64,000 bases of DNA from an uncultured archaeon (GCA_963787445.1 CAWBCT010000013.1:43096-107095); one strand, 5' to 3'; positions 17,958 through 28,357 are shown, numbered from the stretch's first letter. Numbers and translations: made by a program. Notes: generated by a model from the sequence alone, not told the origin.

Positions 17958-20900
17958 ATGCTTTATCTGAAGTCATTGGCTATAAACAAGTTCAAATCCT
18001 TCAATCACGCTGAGCTGCTGATCGACAAGGGCTTCACGTGCATAATAGGCCCCAACGGGAGCGGAAAGAGCACCATCTGCGACGCGGCGCTCTTCGCGCT
18101 TGGCGAGAACTCGCTGAAGCGCCTGAGGGTAAACCGCTACGACAACCTAATTAGACAGTCAAAGGATGGGAAGGACAAGCTGAGGACCGCCTACGTCCGC
18201 ATGGAGTTCGGCGGCGATCAGGACCTCTCCATAACGCGTTTCACAAGAAGCGACGGAAAGACGAAATACAAGGTTAACGGCAAGAACATGAAGCGCTTCG
18301 AGGTTCTTGAGCTGCTTGCGCAGCACGGGATAAGCACCGACGAGACCAACACGATTGTTCAGGGAGAGATTGCGCAGCTCGGCCAGATGAACCCCTCCCA
18401 GCTGCGCGAACTGATTGACATCGCATCCGGAATCAGGGAGTTCGACGCCAAGAAGAACGAGTCGCTCAAGGAGCTCGACAAGGTAAACCAGAAGATAGGG
18501 GAGGCAAAGATAAGCCTGAGCGAGCGCAGCGGCTTCCTCAACGAGCTTGCGGCGGAGAAGAAGTCGGCGGAGCAGTACCTGCAGATGAGTGCGAGGCTGA
18601 AGGCGCTCACCTACAGCATCCTTCTGGACAAGAGGGAGACCGCGGAGAAGTCCCTCTCGGAGTTCACCTCAAACCTCGCGATTGCGGATTCAAAGCAACA
18701 GTCCGCATCACAGAAACTTATCGCAGTTAATGCCAATCTTGAAAAGCTCACGGCCGAGAGGCAGAGGCTCACGAAGCAGCTCGGGGAGAGCACGGACAGC
18801 ATGGGCTCGACCAAGGCGAAGCTCGAGTCGGTCAACATACAGATCGCGAAGAACGAGGCGGAGATGGCCGCGCTGGTCTCATCAGTGGCAGAGACCAAGA
18901 AGCTAATTGAATCGACGGAGAACGAGGGCCGAGAGAAGGAGGGAGCGATAGTCAACAACAAGGCAAAGATAGCCCAGCTAGAGAAGGAGCTCGCGCCGCT
19001 CGAGGAGGCGATTAAGAAGGCGAAGATTAAGCCGGAGGAGTTCAAGTCGAATCCTGACAGGATAAAGAAACTGAGCGAGGAGGTGCAGAGGCTTGAGCAG
19101 CAGCTCACCGAGGCAAACGAGCAGGTCTCGCAGATAAATGCGGAGCTCTCCATTTCAGGAAACACCAGATCCTCAAAGTCGTTGGAGCTTGATGCGGCCA
19201 ACGCGCGGCTCGCGAAGATGCTTGAAGAGACCCAGGCGCTCGAGAAGCAGCACCAGCAGTCGGGTAAGAAGCACAAGGAGCTTGCGCTGGAGTCGGCCGC
19301 ACTGGTAAAGGAGATAGACTCGATAACCACGAGCATCTCCAAACTTGATGATGAACACATCGCGCTGATGGAGCAGAAGGCGTACCTTCAGCCGAGGTCC
19401 CAGGCGCTTCAGGACAAGCTCAAGCAGCAATTCGGGGAGTCGAAGGGCTTCTTCGGAAGGGCGTCGGAGCTGTGCACCTACGATGCGAAGTACGCCTTTG
19501 CGGCGGAATCGGCGGGCGGCTCAAGGCTAGAATATCTCGTGGTGGACACGATCGAGACCGCCAACAAGATGATAGACTACATGAAGAAGAGCGGGCTCGG
19601 CAGGGCGACCTTCATCCCGCTAAGGGACGTCAGCGAACCGCGAGAATCCACTGCACCGAAAGGAGTGCAGCCGGTTCTAAAGTTTGTGAATTATGATTCA
19701 AAGTATGTGAAGGCGTTCGCCTACATCTTCAGCAACACTTACCTGATCGACAATGTGGCAGATGCGAAGAGTCACGGGATCGGTCGCTACCGCTACGTTA
19801 CGCTCGACGGCGACATAGTCGAGCCCGCCGGCGTGGTTTCCGGAGGCTCGATGGGCAAGCGCCAGTCAATGGCATCGCTTACTGCTCGTATGAGCACTGT
19901 TCTTGCTGAAAAGACCAAACTAAAGTCCTCGCTCGAGTCAAAGAACGTTGAACTAGCATCCACAAGAAAGGGCGAGGCCTACGCTGAGATGGAGGTCAAG
20001 AGCGCGCAGTCCCAACTGGACGCCTCATCATCGCAGCTTACGCTTACAAAGAAGGAGATAGCAGAGGCGAGCAAGGCGATAGAGCAGCTGAACAAGAAGG
20101 AAGCCGAGCTCGTCAAGAGCCACACCCAACTGGTGTCGGGTAGGGAGAAGCTTGACAAGTCGCACATCGAGAGGCAGAAGGAGCTCGACGACGCGGTGAG
20201 CGAGACCGTAGAGCTATCAAAGAAGATGGCGGCGGGAGGGATCACCAAGGAGGAACTTGAGGAGCTTGAGGCGAAGAGGAAGAGCGCCGAGAACCTGCGA
20301 ATAGGAAGGGCCTCATCGGAGAAGGAGAACACGATGCTGAATGTGAGGATAACCGAGCTGCAGAAGGAGGCGGGCGACAGGAGGGCAGCGCTCAAGGCGA
20401 CGGAGAAGACGATCAAGGCGAAGAACGAGGCGCAGTCCGCGCTGGCGGTGTCAAGGAACTCAATCGAACTTCAGATTTCAAACGCGAACGGGGAGAGCAA
20501 GAAGGTGTTCGAGAAGTTGAGCACGCTCGACAAGGAGCTCGAGAAGGTCGGGATGGAGAAGGGCAAGTTCAGCGCAGAGCTCAACACCCACGAGCGCCAG
20601 GTCGGCGAGCTGAAGATAAGGAGAAGCCAGGTCGAGACGACGCTCAAGGACCTCATCGCGGAACTTTCCATGTACAAGGAGGCGATCGAGCCGGTAAGGC
20701 AGCCGATCACCGAGATGGAGAACGAGTCGGTGGTGATAAGCTCAAAGCTTAGGGAGATGGGCAACGTCAACCTGAAGGCGCCGGAGCTCTACGCAGAGAA
20801 GTCAAAGGACGTGGAGGAGGCGCGCGGCAAGGTGGAGACGCTTGAAACCGAGCAGCTCGCCATAAGGCGCATGCTCGAGGAGATAGAGTCCAAGAAGCTG

Positions 20901-21362
20901 CAGACCTTCATGAGCACCTTCAACGACGTGCTGGTGAACTTCACCAAGTTCTCAACAACCTTCTTCAAGGACAGCCCGCTGCTAACACTTCTCAACCCGA
21001 AGGACCCGTTCAACGGCGGCCTCGATGTCACCATAATGGAGGGCAAGACCAGAAAACACCTCGCCTCGCTGAGCGGCGGCGAGAAATCGCTCGTGCTCCT
21101 GCTTTTGCTCTTCTCGATTTACATGTGCAGGCCTGCGGCGCTCTACGTATTCGACGAGGTCGACGCCGCACTCGACAAGGAGAACGCGAAGAAGCTCTCC
21201 CAGCTCATGAAGCAGCTAAGCGAGAACGCCCAGTTCATAGTGGTCAGCCACAACGACTCTCTTATAACGAATGCGGACGTGGCCATCGGCGTGGTCAAGA
21301 CGGGCGGCGAGTCAAAGGCCCTGGGGCTGGAGGTATCTGGAATGGCGCCAGGCGTTAAGTAG
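17958..21362 (+). CDS. smc: Chromosome segregation protein SMC
   Basis: FKSF, Walker A GPNGSGKS, coiled coils, hinge GRATFIPL/VTLDGD..GG, LSGGE, FDEVDAALD, QFIVVSH. Confidence 0.96.
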   Translation: MLYLKSLAINKFKSFNHAELLIDKGFTCIIGPNGSGKSTICDAALFALGENSLKRLRVNRYDNLIRQSKDGKDKLRTAYVRMEFGGDQDLSITRFTRSDGKTKYKVNGKNMKRFEVLELLAQHGISTDETNTIVQGEIAQLGQMNPSQLRELIDIASGIREFDAKKNESLKELDKVNQKIGEAKISLSERSGFLNELAAEKKSAEQYLQMSARLKALTYSILLDKRETAEKSLSEFTSNLAIADSKQQSASQKLIAVNANLEKLTAERQRLTKQLGESTDSMGSTKAKLESVNIQIAKNEAEMAALVSSVAETKKLIESTENEGREKEGAIVNNKAKIAQLEKELAPLEEAIKKAKIKPEEFKSNPDRIKKLSEEVQRLEQQLTEANEQVSQINAELSISGNTRSSKSLELDAANARLAKMLEETQALEKQHQQSGKKHKELALESAALVKEIDSITTSISKLDDEHIALMEQKAYLQPRSQALQDKLKQQFGESKGFFGRASELCTYDAKYAFAAESAGGSRLEYLVVDTIETANKMIDYMKKSGLGRATFIPLRDVSEPRESTAPKGVQPVLKFVNYDSKYVKAFAYIFSNTYLIDNVADAKSHGIGRYRYVTLDGDIVEPAGVVSGGSMGKRQSMASLTARMSTVLAEKTKLKSSLESKNVELASTRKGEAYAEMEVKSAQSQLDASSSQLTLTKKEIAEASKAIEQLNKKEAELVKSHTQLVSGREKLDKSHIERQKELDDAVSETVELSKKMAAGGITKEELEELEAKRKSAENLRIGRASSEKENTMLNVRITELQKEAGDRRAALKATEKTIKAKNEAQSALAVSRNSIELQISNANGESKKVFEKLSTLDKELEKVGMEKGKFSAELNTHERQVGELKIRRSQVETTLKDLIAELSMYKEAIEPVRQPITEMENESVVISSKLREMGNVNLKAPELYAEKSKDVEEARGKVETLETEQLAIRRMLEEIESKKLQTFMSTFNDVLVNFTKFSTTFFKDSPLLTLLNPKDPFNGGLDVTIMEGKTRKHLASLSGGEKSLVLLLLLFSIYMCRPAALYVFDEVDAALDKENAKKLSQLMKQLSENAQFIVVSHNDSLITNADVAIGVVKTGGESKALGLEVSGMAPGVK

Positions 21363-21370
21363 GTGCCGCC

Positions 21371-22408
21371 ATGGTGGAGAGGAAGCAGAAGCAAAAAAAG
21401 AAAAAGGACGACCGGTTGATTTATCTTTTGTACGCAGCTGTCCTAATTTTGATAATTCTGTACATACTTCAGAACAGCATAATAATCGGGGCGCTAGCCT
21501 TTGGTGCAATAATAGTGACCATGGCGGTGGAGTTCAAGAGCAGCATAACCTCTGAAGGAGTGCGCAAGACCGCGATTGACCTGGTGATAGCTGCGATAGC
21601 GGTCGTGATTGTCGTATGGATCCTGCCCTCCTTCCTGCTCCAGAGCTCTAGCCCGACCAACGTGGTGGCGAGCTGCAGCATGCTCCCCTCGCTGGGCAGG
21701 GGCGACCTGGTGCTGGTCCACGGGATCAGCAACTTTTCATCCTTCATACGGCAGAACCGCATCCCGACGGTGAACGTCAGCGCCCAGTCATTCAACTCGA
21801 TGCTGAAGAACATCACCTCAGAGTACCTGGAGCCGTTCGCCTACTTGAACAATGACAAGTCAGACGTGGTCCTGGCGCCCTACCTAAACTCCAGCCTTAG
21901 CAGCTACAGCTTCGGCATGTACAACCTGGGCTGCATCCAGTTCTACCTGAACTACGGCGAGACAAGCCTGTTTTACAAGTGCTATGTCGCAAGCCAGGCA
22001 AACAACCTGATAAGGTACAATTACACCCTAGGGAACGTGACCGTCTCAGGCAAGGAGACAAGGATCTTGGAGACGAGCAACATCACCATAGCAAACACCA
22101 TGATAACCGAGGACTACGGCAACCCGGTCGTTGTGTACCAGACCGTCCAGGGCGACTCGTTTGCAACTGATCCGCAGGTCATACACCGGGTCTATGCGGT
22201 CATAAACGCCAGCGGCTCCTACTACGTGCTTACCAAGGGAGACAACAACCCGGTGCTCGACATCCAGGCGGGCAACTATCCCGCAGGCCAGGCTCAGGTC
22301 ATCGGCTATCTCTTTGCCTCTGTGCCGTACCTTGGCTACCCCTCACTGATAATAAAAGGGCAGCTCGCGCCTGTGGCCCAGTGCAACCAGACCATACTGA
22401 ATAATTAG
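21371..22408 (+). CDS. Signal peptidase I (S26B/Sec11 type) with a large insertion
   Basis: VVASCSMLP, GDLV, IHRV, TKGDNN, VPYLGY. Confidence 0.85.
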   Translation: MVERKQKQKKKKDDRLIYLLYAAVLILIILYILQNSIIIGALAFGAIIVTMAVEFKSSITSEGVRKTAIDLVIAAIAVVIVVWILPSFLLQSSSPTNVVASCSMLPSLGRGDLVLVHGISNFSSFIRQNRIPTVNVSAQSFNSMLKNITSEYLEPFAYLNNDKSDVVLAPYLNSSLSSYSFGMYNLGCIQFYLNYGETSLFYKCYVASQANNLIRYNYTLGNVTVSGKETRILETSNITIANTMITEDYGNPVVVYQTVQGDSFATDPQVIHRVYAVINASGSYYVLTKGDNNPVLDIQAGNYPAGQAQVIGYLFASVPYLGYPSLIIKGQLAPVAQCNQTILNN

Positions 22409-22411
22409 CGG

Positions 22412-23152
22412 CTACGTCTCGCTCGGGAAGAACTCGCTGTAGGCCTCCAGCGTGCCTATGTCATACCATCTTCCCTTGTTCACGACGGCGTGAACCTCCT
22501 GGTTCTCTAGGAGGGACTGTATGAAGTATCCTGGAGAGTCCGGGTTGTTCTGCTTGCCAAGGTACTCCGAGAACTCGGACAGGCTCTCCGCAGGGAAGAC
22601 ATAGATGCCGGTGCTTATCAGGCTTGACTCGGGAACCGCAGGCTTCTCCCGAAAGTTTACAACCCGGTGGCCTTCGACCTTTACCACCCCAAAGCGCGTT
22701 GCGGACTCCGTGGAGCCGATGTCGTAGGCGCAGATGGTCGGCTTCCTGTGCTCATTGAAGTGGCTCACCACGCCCTTCAGGCTGAAGTCGTAGTAGTTGT
22801 CGCCTGCAATGATTATCGTGTCGTTTTTCAGCCCCGCCTGCTTTATCGCGTACTCTATGCCCCTTATGGCGCCGAACTTTCCTTCATGGTACCTGGTGGG
22901 CTCGACCACGAGCTCCATCTTCGTCTCGCTCTTCGCCTGCTTGTGGCTCATCCAGTACTCAAACTGGTTTGCGAACTTCTTGTTTGTCGATATGACTATC
23001 CGGTCGACTCCCAGCGAGGAGACGTCCTCAACTATGTAGTCGATTATGGGCCTGCCGTTTATGGGAAGGAGCGGCTTTGGCAGGAACAGGCTGATCGGCT
23101 GTAGCCTTGTTGCGAAGCCTCCGCATAGTATAAGTGCATCCATTTTTTTCAC
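22412..23152 (-). CDS. Sugar-phosphate nucleotidyltransferase
   Basis: LILCGGFATRL.P...PKPLLPI, AGDN, FGVV, EKP, WYDIGT. Confidence 0.9.
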   Translation of the reverse strand: MKKMDALILCGGFATRLQPISLFLPKPLLPINGRPIIDYIVEDVSSLGVDRIVISTNKKFANQFEYWMSHKQAKSETKMELVVEPTRYHEGKFGAIRGIEYAIKQAGLKNDTIIIAGDNYYDFSLKGVVSHFNEHRKPTICAYDIGSTESATRFGVVKVEGHRVVNFREKPAVPESSLISTGIYVFPAESLSEFSEYLGKQNNPDSPGYFIQSLLENQEVHAVVNKGRWYDIGTLEAYSEFFPSET

Positions 23153-23254
23153 ATTTTAGCCGTATTTTAAGAATACAGCCGCGCCTAGCTGCCTATATGT
23201 TTAAATGTCAAATAACTGATATATATACTTTATGAGAGCTATATTCGTGATTTC

Positions 23255-23518
23255 ATGCTGAGCGCCATAGTCACCTCTCTCGACGAGGACAACCTGCTAG
23301 CCACGCCTTCCGGAAACATCGACGTAAAGGCCTTTATCGGCAAGAAGGCCAGGTACATGGACAAGTCGAACAGGTGCTGGCCCGCAGTCGTAACCGGCGC
23401 TGACGACCCCTATGTGATAATAAAGTTCGACAAGTTCCCGAGCGGGATTGGCCAGGGCCAGATAGTCGACCTGATGGAGGACGGAGATGACGAGGCCGCC
23501 TTCCTGCGCGGAGAGTAA
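23255..23518 (+). CDS. L35Ae (eL33)-like small beta-barrel protein, acidic
   Basis: FIGKKARY.DK.....AVVTG....VIIKFDK.P.G.GQGQIVD resembles archaeal L35Ae but lacks the basic N-terminal loop. Confidence 0.45.
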   Translation: MLSAIVTSLDEDNLLATPSGNIDVKAFIGKKARYMDKSNRCWPAVVTGADDPYVIIKFDKFPSGIGQGQIVDLMEDGDDEAAFLRGE

Positions 23519-23523
23519 GCGGC

Positions 23524-24135
23524 TCAGCGCCTGAACATCGTCTTGATCCTTCCAAACCCTTCCGAGATCACAGCGTAGCTCCCGCTTATGGTGATTATCG
23601 CAGGCAGCGGGTTGAGCGTAAGGACTGAGGTCGCTATCCCGGACACTATGAGCGTCTTGGTTATGGGCATGTCCAGGAACTCCATCAGCTTCTGCTTGTT
23701 TGTAGTTGTGAGGTTGGTCGCCGAGTCTATGTCCGTGGTGCAGAAGCCGTTTGCGAAGGCGCGAATATGCCCGTCCTCCTCGCTCGCGAGTATGCAGGTT
23801 GTGCCCCTAATCTTCTTGCTCGTGCCCAGCGCAAAGGCGTGCCGCTTCCCGTGGCCGATCATCCTCCCCGAGTGTATCAGCGTGGCGCCGTAGTGAAGCA
23901 TGAATCCATAGGGATCTATGATGATTGCGCCATCGAGCGCAGCGAGCTTCCGTATCGTCTGCTTGTCGTGCTCGTTGAAGACCGAGAGCCGCCGGTTGTC
24001 CTTCCGGTAGATGTCCGGATTGTAGTCCTTGTAGTAGATCCCGTTACCGCGCTTGAACTCGACCACGAACAGGCAGCCCTCTGGCTGTCCGCGCGCAAGC
24101 TCGAAGCACGCATCTAAAATGCGTTTGTTTTCCAT
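23524..24135 (-). CDS. Diadenylate cyclase (DisA_N/DAC domain) with a hydrophobic C-terminus
   Basis: GCLFVV, LAALDGAIII, GHGKRHAFA, ILASEEDGHI. Confidence 0.85.
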   Translation of the reverse strand: MENKRILDACFELARGQPEGCLFVVEFKRGNGIYYKDYNPDIYRKDNRRLSVFNEHDKQTIRKLAALDGAIIIDPYGFMLHYGATLIHSGRMIGHGKRHAFALGTSKKIRGTTCILASEEDGHIRAFANGFCTTDIDSATNLTTTNKQKLMEFLDMPITKTLIVSGIATSVLTLNPLPAIITISGSYAVISEGFGRIKTMFRR

Positions 24136-24204
24136 GATCGCCGATACTATGTAAAATGAAATGGTTTATAAATGTTGCCTGCACTTGCGGGTTAGTGGAA
24201 CTCC

Positions 24205-24245
24205 CGAAAAATAAAAAAAGAAGTTGGTGCGGAAACCGCACCAAC
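24205..24245 (-). terminator. Hairpin plus U-tract terminator of the COG1361 gene
   Basis: GTTGGTGCGG-AAA-CCGCACCAAC (24223-24245) followed on the minus strand by TTCTTTTTTTATTTTT. Confidence 0.7.
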
Positions 24246-24253
24246 CAAAACCT

Positions 24254-25855
24254 TTACTTCTTCTTGTCTCCTGCCTTCTTCTTGCTTCCAATCAGGCCGC
24301 GCTTTCTAGCTATGAAAACAACAGCTACAATAACGACAACGGCAACTACGCCGTAGATTATGCCGCTGCTGCCGCCCGACCCGGACCCGACCGTTGCGAA
24401 GTAGGTGTTCGAGCCCGAGTACTGCTGCTGGACCGCGCCGTTGGGTTGCCTCCAGGTCTCATAGACGGTCACCGGGTAGTTGCCCAGCGCGCCGTTCGAG
24501 TCGACGCTGACGGAGAACGAGACGTTTGCTGACTGCCCCGGCATCAGCGATGGGATGTAGTAGGTGCTCGTTATCGGGGTCACCGGGTAGCTGCTCTGGA
24601 AGGTCACCTGCACATTCTCAGCCTCTATGTTGCCCGTGTTGGTCACGATGAGCTTGATCGGCATGTTCGTAGAGCCTGGCTCGAGGCTGTAGTTGCCCGC
24701 CGTTATGCTGAACGTCGAAGAGGATGCAACCGAGAGGTTCAGCTGCTCGTTCTGCACGAACTGGGAGGCGTAGTTCTGCGAGGTGTAGGTTACCTTCGCA
24801 TTGATCGCCGCGCTCGATCCGGTGTTGTTGTTTGCGGCAACCAGCAGCGTCTGGGTCGTGGTCTGGCCCGCTGCCAGCGAGCCGATGAAGAACTTGCTCA
24901 CCGAGCTAAGCACCTCTATCCCGGCGCTGGGCTGTATGTTTATGCTGACGTTCTTCGCCGTCCCGGTCCCGACGTTGGTGATGGAGAGGACGAGGCTCTG
25001 GTTGTAGCCCTTGTAGAGCGCGCTCGGCGTAGCGGAGGTGATGTTAACGATCACGTCCGGGTTGTTAACCGCGACCGAAACCTGCGCATTGGAGCTGACG
25101 TTGTATTTCTGCCCCGTGTCGGAAGAGTAGGTGACGTACATCGGTATCTGGTAGGTGCCGTTCACCAGCCTGGAGTTCACGCTGTAGACCGCGTTTATCA
25201 CCGAGGCCCCTCCCTGCTCGAGAGTGCCCACGCTGAACCTGGTGCTTCCCTGGGTCTCAAACTGGGGCGTGCTTACCAAATTCAGGGTAACGTTCTTCGC
25301 CTCGCCGTAGCCCGCGTTCGAGACGTCAAGAGTGAGTGACGCCGACTGGCCGGGGCTGATGGCTGAGGACACTGCGCTGACGCTGATGCTCGGCGCGCCG
25401 TTGACGTAGAAGCTCAGCGGCATTACCGACTGCCCGGTGACCTCAACGCTCTGCCCGCTGATCAGCTCGGTTGTCTCGTAGTTGGCCACCAGGTTGAGCG
25501 TGTAGGTGCCCGTTGCGGTGGTCTTGGGTATGTGTATGTTGTAGGTGAAGTACTGGGTGGAGCCGCCGTAGAGCCCCTGGGACATGCTCGTTATTATATA
25601 GGAGCTGACCGGGGAGAAGTTCAGTATCGGGTAGCTTCCGGTGAGCTGTAGGTTCACGTTCTGCAGGACCGATGAGTACGAGTCGTACAGCTGCAATGTC
25701 AGCGTCACGTTGCTCCCTGCAACCACCGGGTTGGGGTTCGTCTGTAGGTTGTAGACCGACAGCGCGCTGCTTATGCTCTGCGCGCCGACCAGCGCTGGCA
25801 CCAGTAGGGCGAGCACCAGGCCTGCCATCATTCCGATTCTTAGTCCTTTGTTCAT
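24254..25855 (-). CDS. COG1361 S-layer-domain / Ig-repeat membrane-anchored protein
   Basis: Signal peptide, repeated N.G.G.AKNV CARDB-like motifs, C-terminal TM and basic tail. Confidence 0.8.
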   Translation of the reverse strand: MNKGLRIGMMAGLVLALLVPALVGAQSISSALSVYNLQTNPNPVVAGSNVTLTLQLYDSYSSVLQNVNLQLTGSYPILNFSPVSSYIITSMSQGLYGGSTQYFTYNIHIPKTTATGTYTLNLVANYETTELISGQSVEVTGQSVMPLSFYVNGAPSISVSAVSSAISPGQSASLTLDVSNAGYGEAKNVTLNLVSTPQFETQGSTRFSVGTLEQGGASVINAVYSVNSRLVNGTYQIPMYVTYSSDTGQKYNVSSNAQVSVAVNNPDVIVNITSATPSALYKGYNQSLVLSITNVGTGTAKNVSINIQPSAGIEVLSSVSKFFIGSLAAGQTTTQTLLVAANNNTGSSAAINAKVTYTSQNYASQFVQNEQLNLSVASSSTFSITAGNYSLEPGSTNMPIKLIVTNTGNIEAENVQVTFQSSYPVTPITSTYYIPSLMPGQSANVSFSVSVDSNGALGNYPVTVYETWRQPNGAVQQQYSGSNTYFATVGSGSGGSSGIIYGVVAVVVIVAVVFIARKRGLIGSKKKAGDKKK

Positions 25856-25874
25856 TTTATCACTCTATTAAACA

Positions 25875-26990
25875 TCAATCGATCGTGCTCTTGAACATCG
25901 CAAACGCCAGCGCCACCACGACCACCGAGAAGACGACGAGCACGACGAGGTCAAGGAGCATCTGCGTCGGCACGATGTAGCCGGCGAGCATGACCTGGCG
26001 CACCGCGTTGGTGGCGTAGGTCATCGGGTCTCCGGCGCTGAGGGTCTGCAACAGCGGCGGGAAGGCCTGCACCGGGGTGAACGCTCCGGAGAGCACCCAG
26101 GCGGGCATGACCACTATCTGCGCGATGATTGCGTACACTTCCACGGCCTTCAGCCTGGACGCTATGAGCAGCGCGATGGCGCTGAAAGCTATTGAGACGA
26201 GCACCGTGACGATCAGTATCCAGAAGAGCCCCACCGCGCCCATGGCTATACCTGCGCCAAGGATGATTCCGAGAGCCAGGGCAACGAAGCCGTACAGGGT
26301 TGACTGGACTGTTCCGGCGAGCAACTTACCGAGTATTATCGAGTTCTTGCTTATGGGCGTTATGAAGAAGGATTTCATGTTGCCGAGCTGCCTGTCCAGT
26401 ATCACCGAGAAGCCGCCGCTGAACACCGAACCAAAAGCCGCAGACATGATTATGATGCCGGCGACCAGGAAGTCTTCATAGGTGCTGTTCGCGCCCTGGG
26501 TCGGTATGGGGTTAACGAAGCTGCTGCTCTTGCTGAGCGCCTGGTTGAGCGTCGCCACCTGTGCGCCGAATGGCTGGGCGGCGCTCTCAACGAAAGGCAG
26601 CACCGCAGCCACGGAGCTCGCCTGGCTGCTTGCGTAGTAAACATCGATCGCGGGCCCGCCCGCCGCGCTCGGGAACTGGGGGAGTATCACGACCACCGCA
26701 TCCACCTGGCTGGTGTACAGCATGTTCATCCCCGACGCCTGGTCCGTGATTGCGGCTATCTGCACCGTTGACCGAGCCTCGAGCGCGTTGATGAACTGCT
26801 GCGACTGCTGGTTGTTCGCGTAGTTGACGACTGCGATGGGCACGTTGCTCACACCGTTGCCTATGTTGCCGAAGAATATTATAAAGATGAGCGGAAACAT
26901 TGCGGACCTGATCAGGTTGGTCCTGAGGTTGGACTTGAAGATCAGCATCTCCCTGTTGAATATCGTCAATGCGTCTTCTAGTATGCCCAT
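25875..26990 (-). CDS. ABC-2 type permease
   Basis: VPIAVVN, DRQLG...FITPISK..IILGKL, LSGAFTP, PMTYA. Confidence 0.9.
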   Translation of the reverse strand: MGILEDALTIFNREMLIFKSNLRTNLIRSAMFPLIFIIFFGNIGNGVSNVPIAVVNYANNQQSQQFINALEARSTVQIAAITDQASGMNMLYTSQVDAVVVILPQFPSAAGGPAIDVYYASSQASSVAAVLPFVESAAQPFGAQVATLNQALSKSSSFVNPIPTQGANSTYEDFLVAGIIIMSAAFGSVFSGGFSVILDRQLGNMKSFFITPISKNSIILGKLLAGTVQSTLYGFVALALGIILGAGIAMGAVGLFWILIVTVLVSIAFSAIALLIASRLKAVEVYAIIAQIVVMPAWVLSGAFTPVQAFPPLLQTLSAGDPMTYATNAVRQVMLAGYIVPTQMLLDLVVLVVFSVVVVALAFAMFKSTID

Positions 26991-26991
26991 C

Positions 26992-27990
26992 TCATCTCCT
27001 CCCTCTCGCCAAGGCCTGGCCCCTGGCGTCCTTAGCGTCACCAAGAGTGTCTCTGAAGCTGCTGCCGGTAAGCTTTATGAAAACGTCATCAAGGGTAGGC
27101 AGGTGCATGTTGAATGCAAGCACGTCCTTCTCCTCGTTTTCGAGCAGGTGCGCCACCCTCATCGAGGTTCTAAGTGAACGCTTCTCGAAAGTGATTATTA
27201 TCTTGTCATCCTTTATCACGCCGTCCACGCCCATCTTATTCTTTATCATCTTATGGACCCGCTCCACGCTCTCCGGCGTGGTGGTTATCTCGACTATGGT
27301 GCCCTGCGAGGCCATGCGCTTCAGCTCCGAAGCGGTGCCCATCGCTTTTATCTCTCCATGGTCTACTATGGCGATTCGGTCGCAGAGGGTGTCGGCCTCT
27401 TCGAGATACTGCGTAGTGAGTATGACCGTGATCCCCTTCTTATGGAGCTCGTTGATGTGCTTCCACATTGCAACCCTGCTTTGAACGTCCAGGCCTGTCG
27501 TTGGCTCGTCCAGAATCAGGATCTTCGGCTCTTGTATCATCGACTTGACCAGGTTCAGGCGCCGCTGCATCCCGCCGGAGTAGGTGCCAGCCGGAACGTT
27601 GCCGAAGTCTGTAAGGTTTGCCTCCTTAAGCGACTCCTTCACACGACCCTCTATCTCCTTTTCAGGTATGTGGTAAAGTTTTGCGAACATGTGCAGGTTT
27701 TGGGCACCGGTCAGCGCCGATTCGACTACCGTCTCCTGGGTCATGAACCCTATCATCTGTTTGACCTTTATGGTGTTCTTGACGTTGTCATATCCCTCGA
27801 TGATTATGTTGCCCGATGTAGGCTTTAGTATCGTAAGTATCATGTTCAAGGTGGTGGTCTTGCCTGCTCCGTTGGGCCCGAGCAATCCGAAGATCTCCCC
27901 CTTTTCTATCTTGAAGCTGACTCCTTTGACCGCCTGAAAGTCGCCAAAGCTCTTCTTTATGCTATTCACTTCCACGGCGTATTCAGGCAT
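26992..27990 (-). CDS. ABC transporter ATP-binding protein (DrrA-like)
   Basis: GPNGAGKTT, YSGGMQRR, LDEPTTGLD, PTLDDVF. Confidence 0.95.
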   Translation of the reverse strand: MPEYAVEVNSIKKSFGDFQAVKGVSFKIEKGEIFGLLGPNGAGKTTTLNMILTILKPTSGNIIIEGYDNVKNTIKVKQMIGFMTQETVVESALTGAQNLHMFAKLYHIPEKEIEGRVKESLKEANLTDFGNVPAGTYSGGMQRRLNLVKSMIQEPKILILDEPTTGLDVQSRVAMWKHINELHKKGITVILTTQYLEEADTLCDRIAIVDHGEIKAMGTASELKRMASQGTIVEITTTPESVERVHKMIKNKMGVDGVIKDDKIIITFEKRSLRTSMRVAHLLENEEKDVLAFNMHLPTLDDVFIKLTGSSFRDTLGDAKDARGQALARGRR

Positions 27991-28351
27991 TGAAATCAGC
28001 TATCAGCTCTTTTGCGCGCTTTATGTGCAGGACGATTATGGCCCTGGCCTTCTTCAGCATCTCCTTGCCCTTGGGTGTGAGTTTATACTTTTTCTGGACC
28101 TTGCCCGAGATGAGCCTCGCCTCGCTTGTGACAAAGCCCTCCTTCTCCAGCGCATTGAGGTTGTTGTACACGTCGTTCTTCGTGACTTTCATCGGCATGT
28201 GGTGGTTTTTGTGGGAGAGCGCTTTCAGTATCGCGTAGGGGTAGTCCTCACCGGCCTTTATCTTCCTAAGGATGATGAGCTTCAGTATCCCGTTCATGAA
28301 GGACTTGTCTATGTGCTTTCGCACCTCCAAACCTATTTCTTCAGTGTTCAT
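27983..28351 (-). CDS. PadR-family transcriptional regulator
   Basis: YPYAI, VYNNLNALEKEGFV, KKYKLTPKG. Confidence 0.88.
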   Translation of the reverse strand: MNTEEIGLEVRKHIDKSFMNGILKLIILRKIKAGEDYPYAILKALSHKNHHMPMKVTKNDVYNNLNALEKEGFVTSEARLISGKVQKKYKLTPKGKEMLKKARAIIVLHIKRAKELIADFNA

Positions 28352-28357
28352 GCAATC

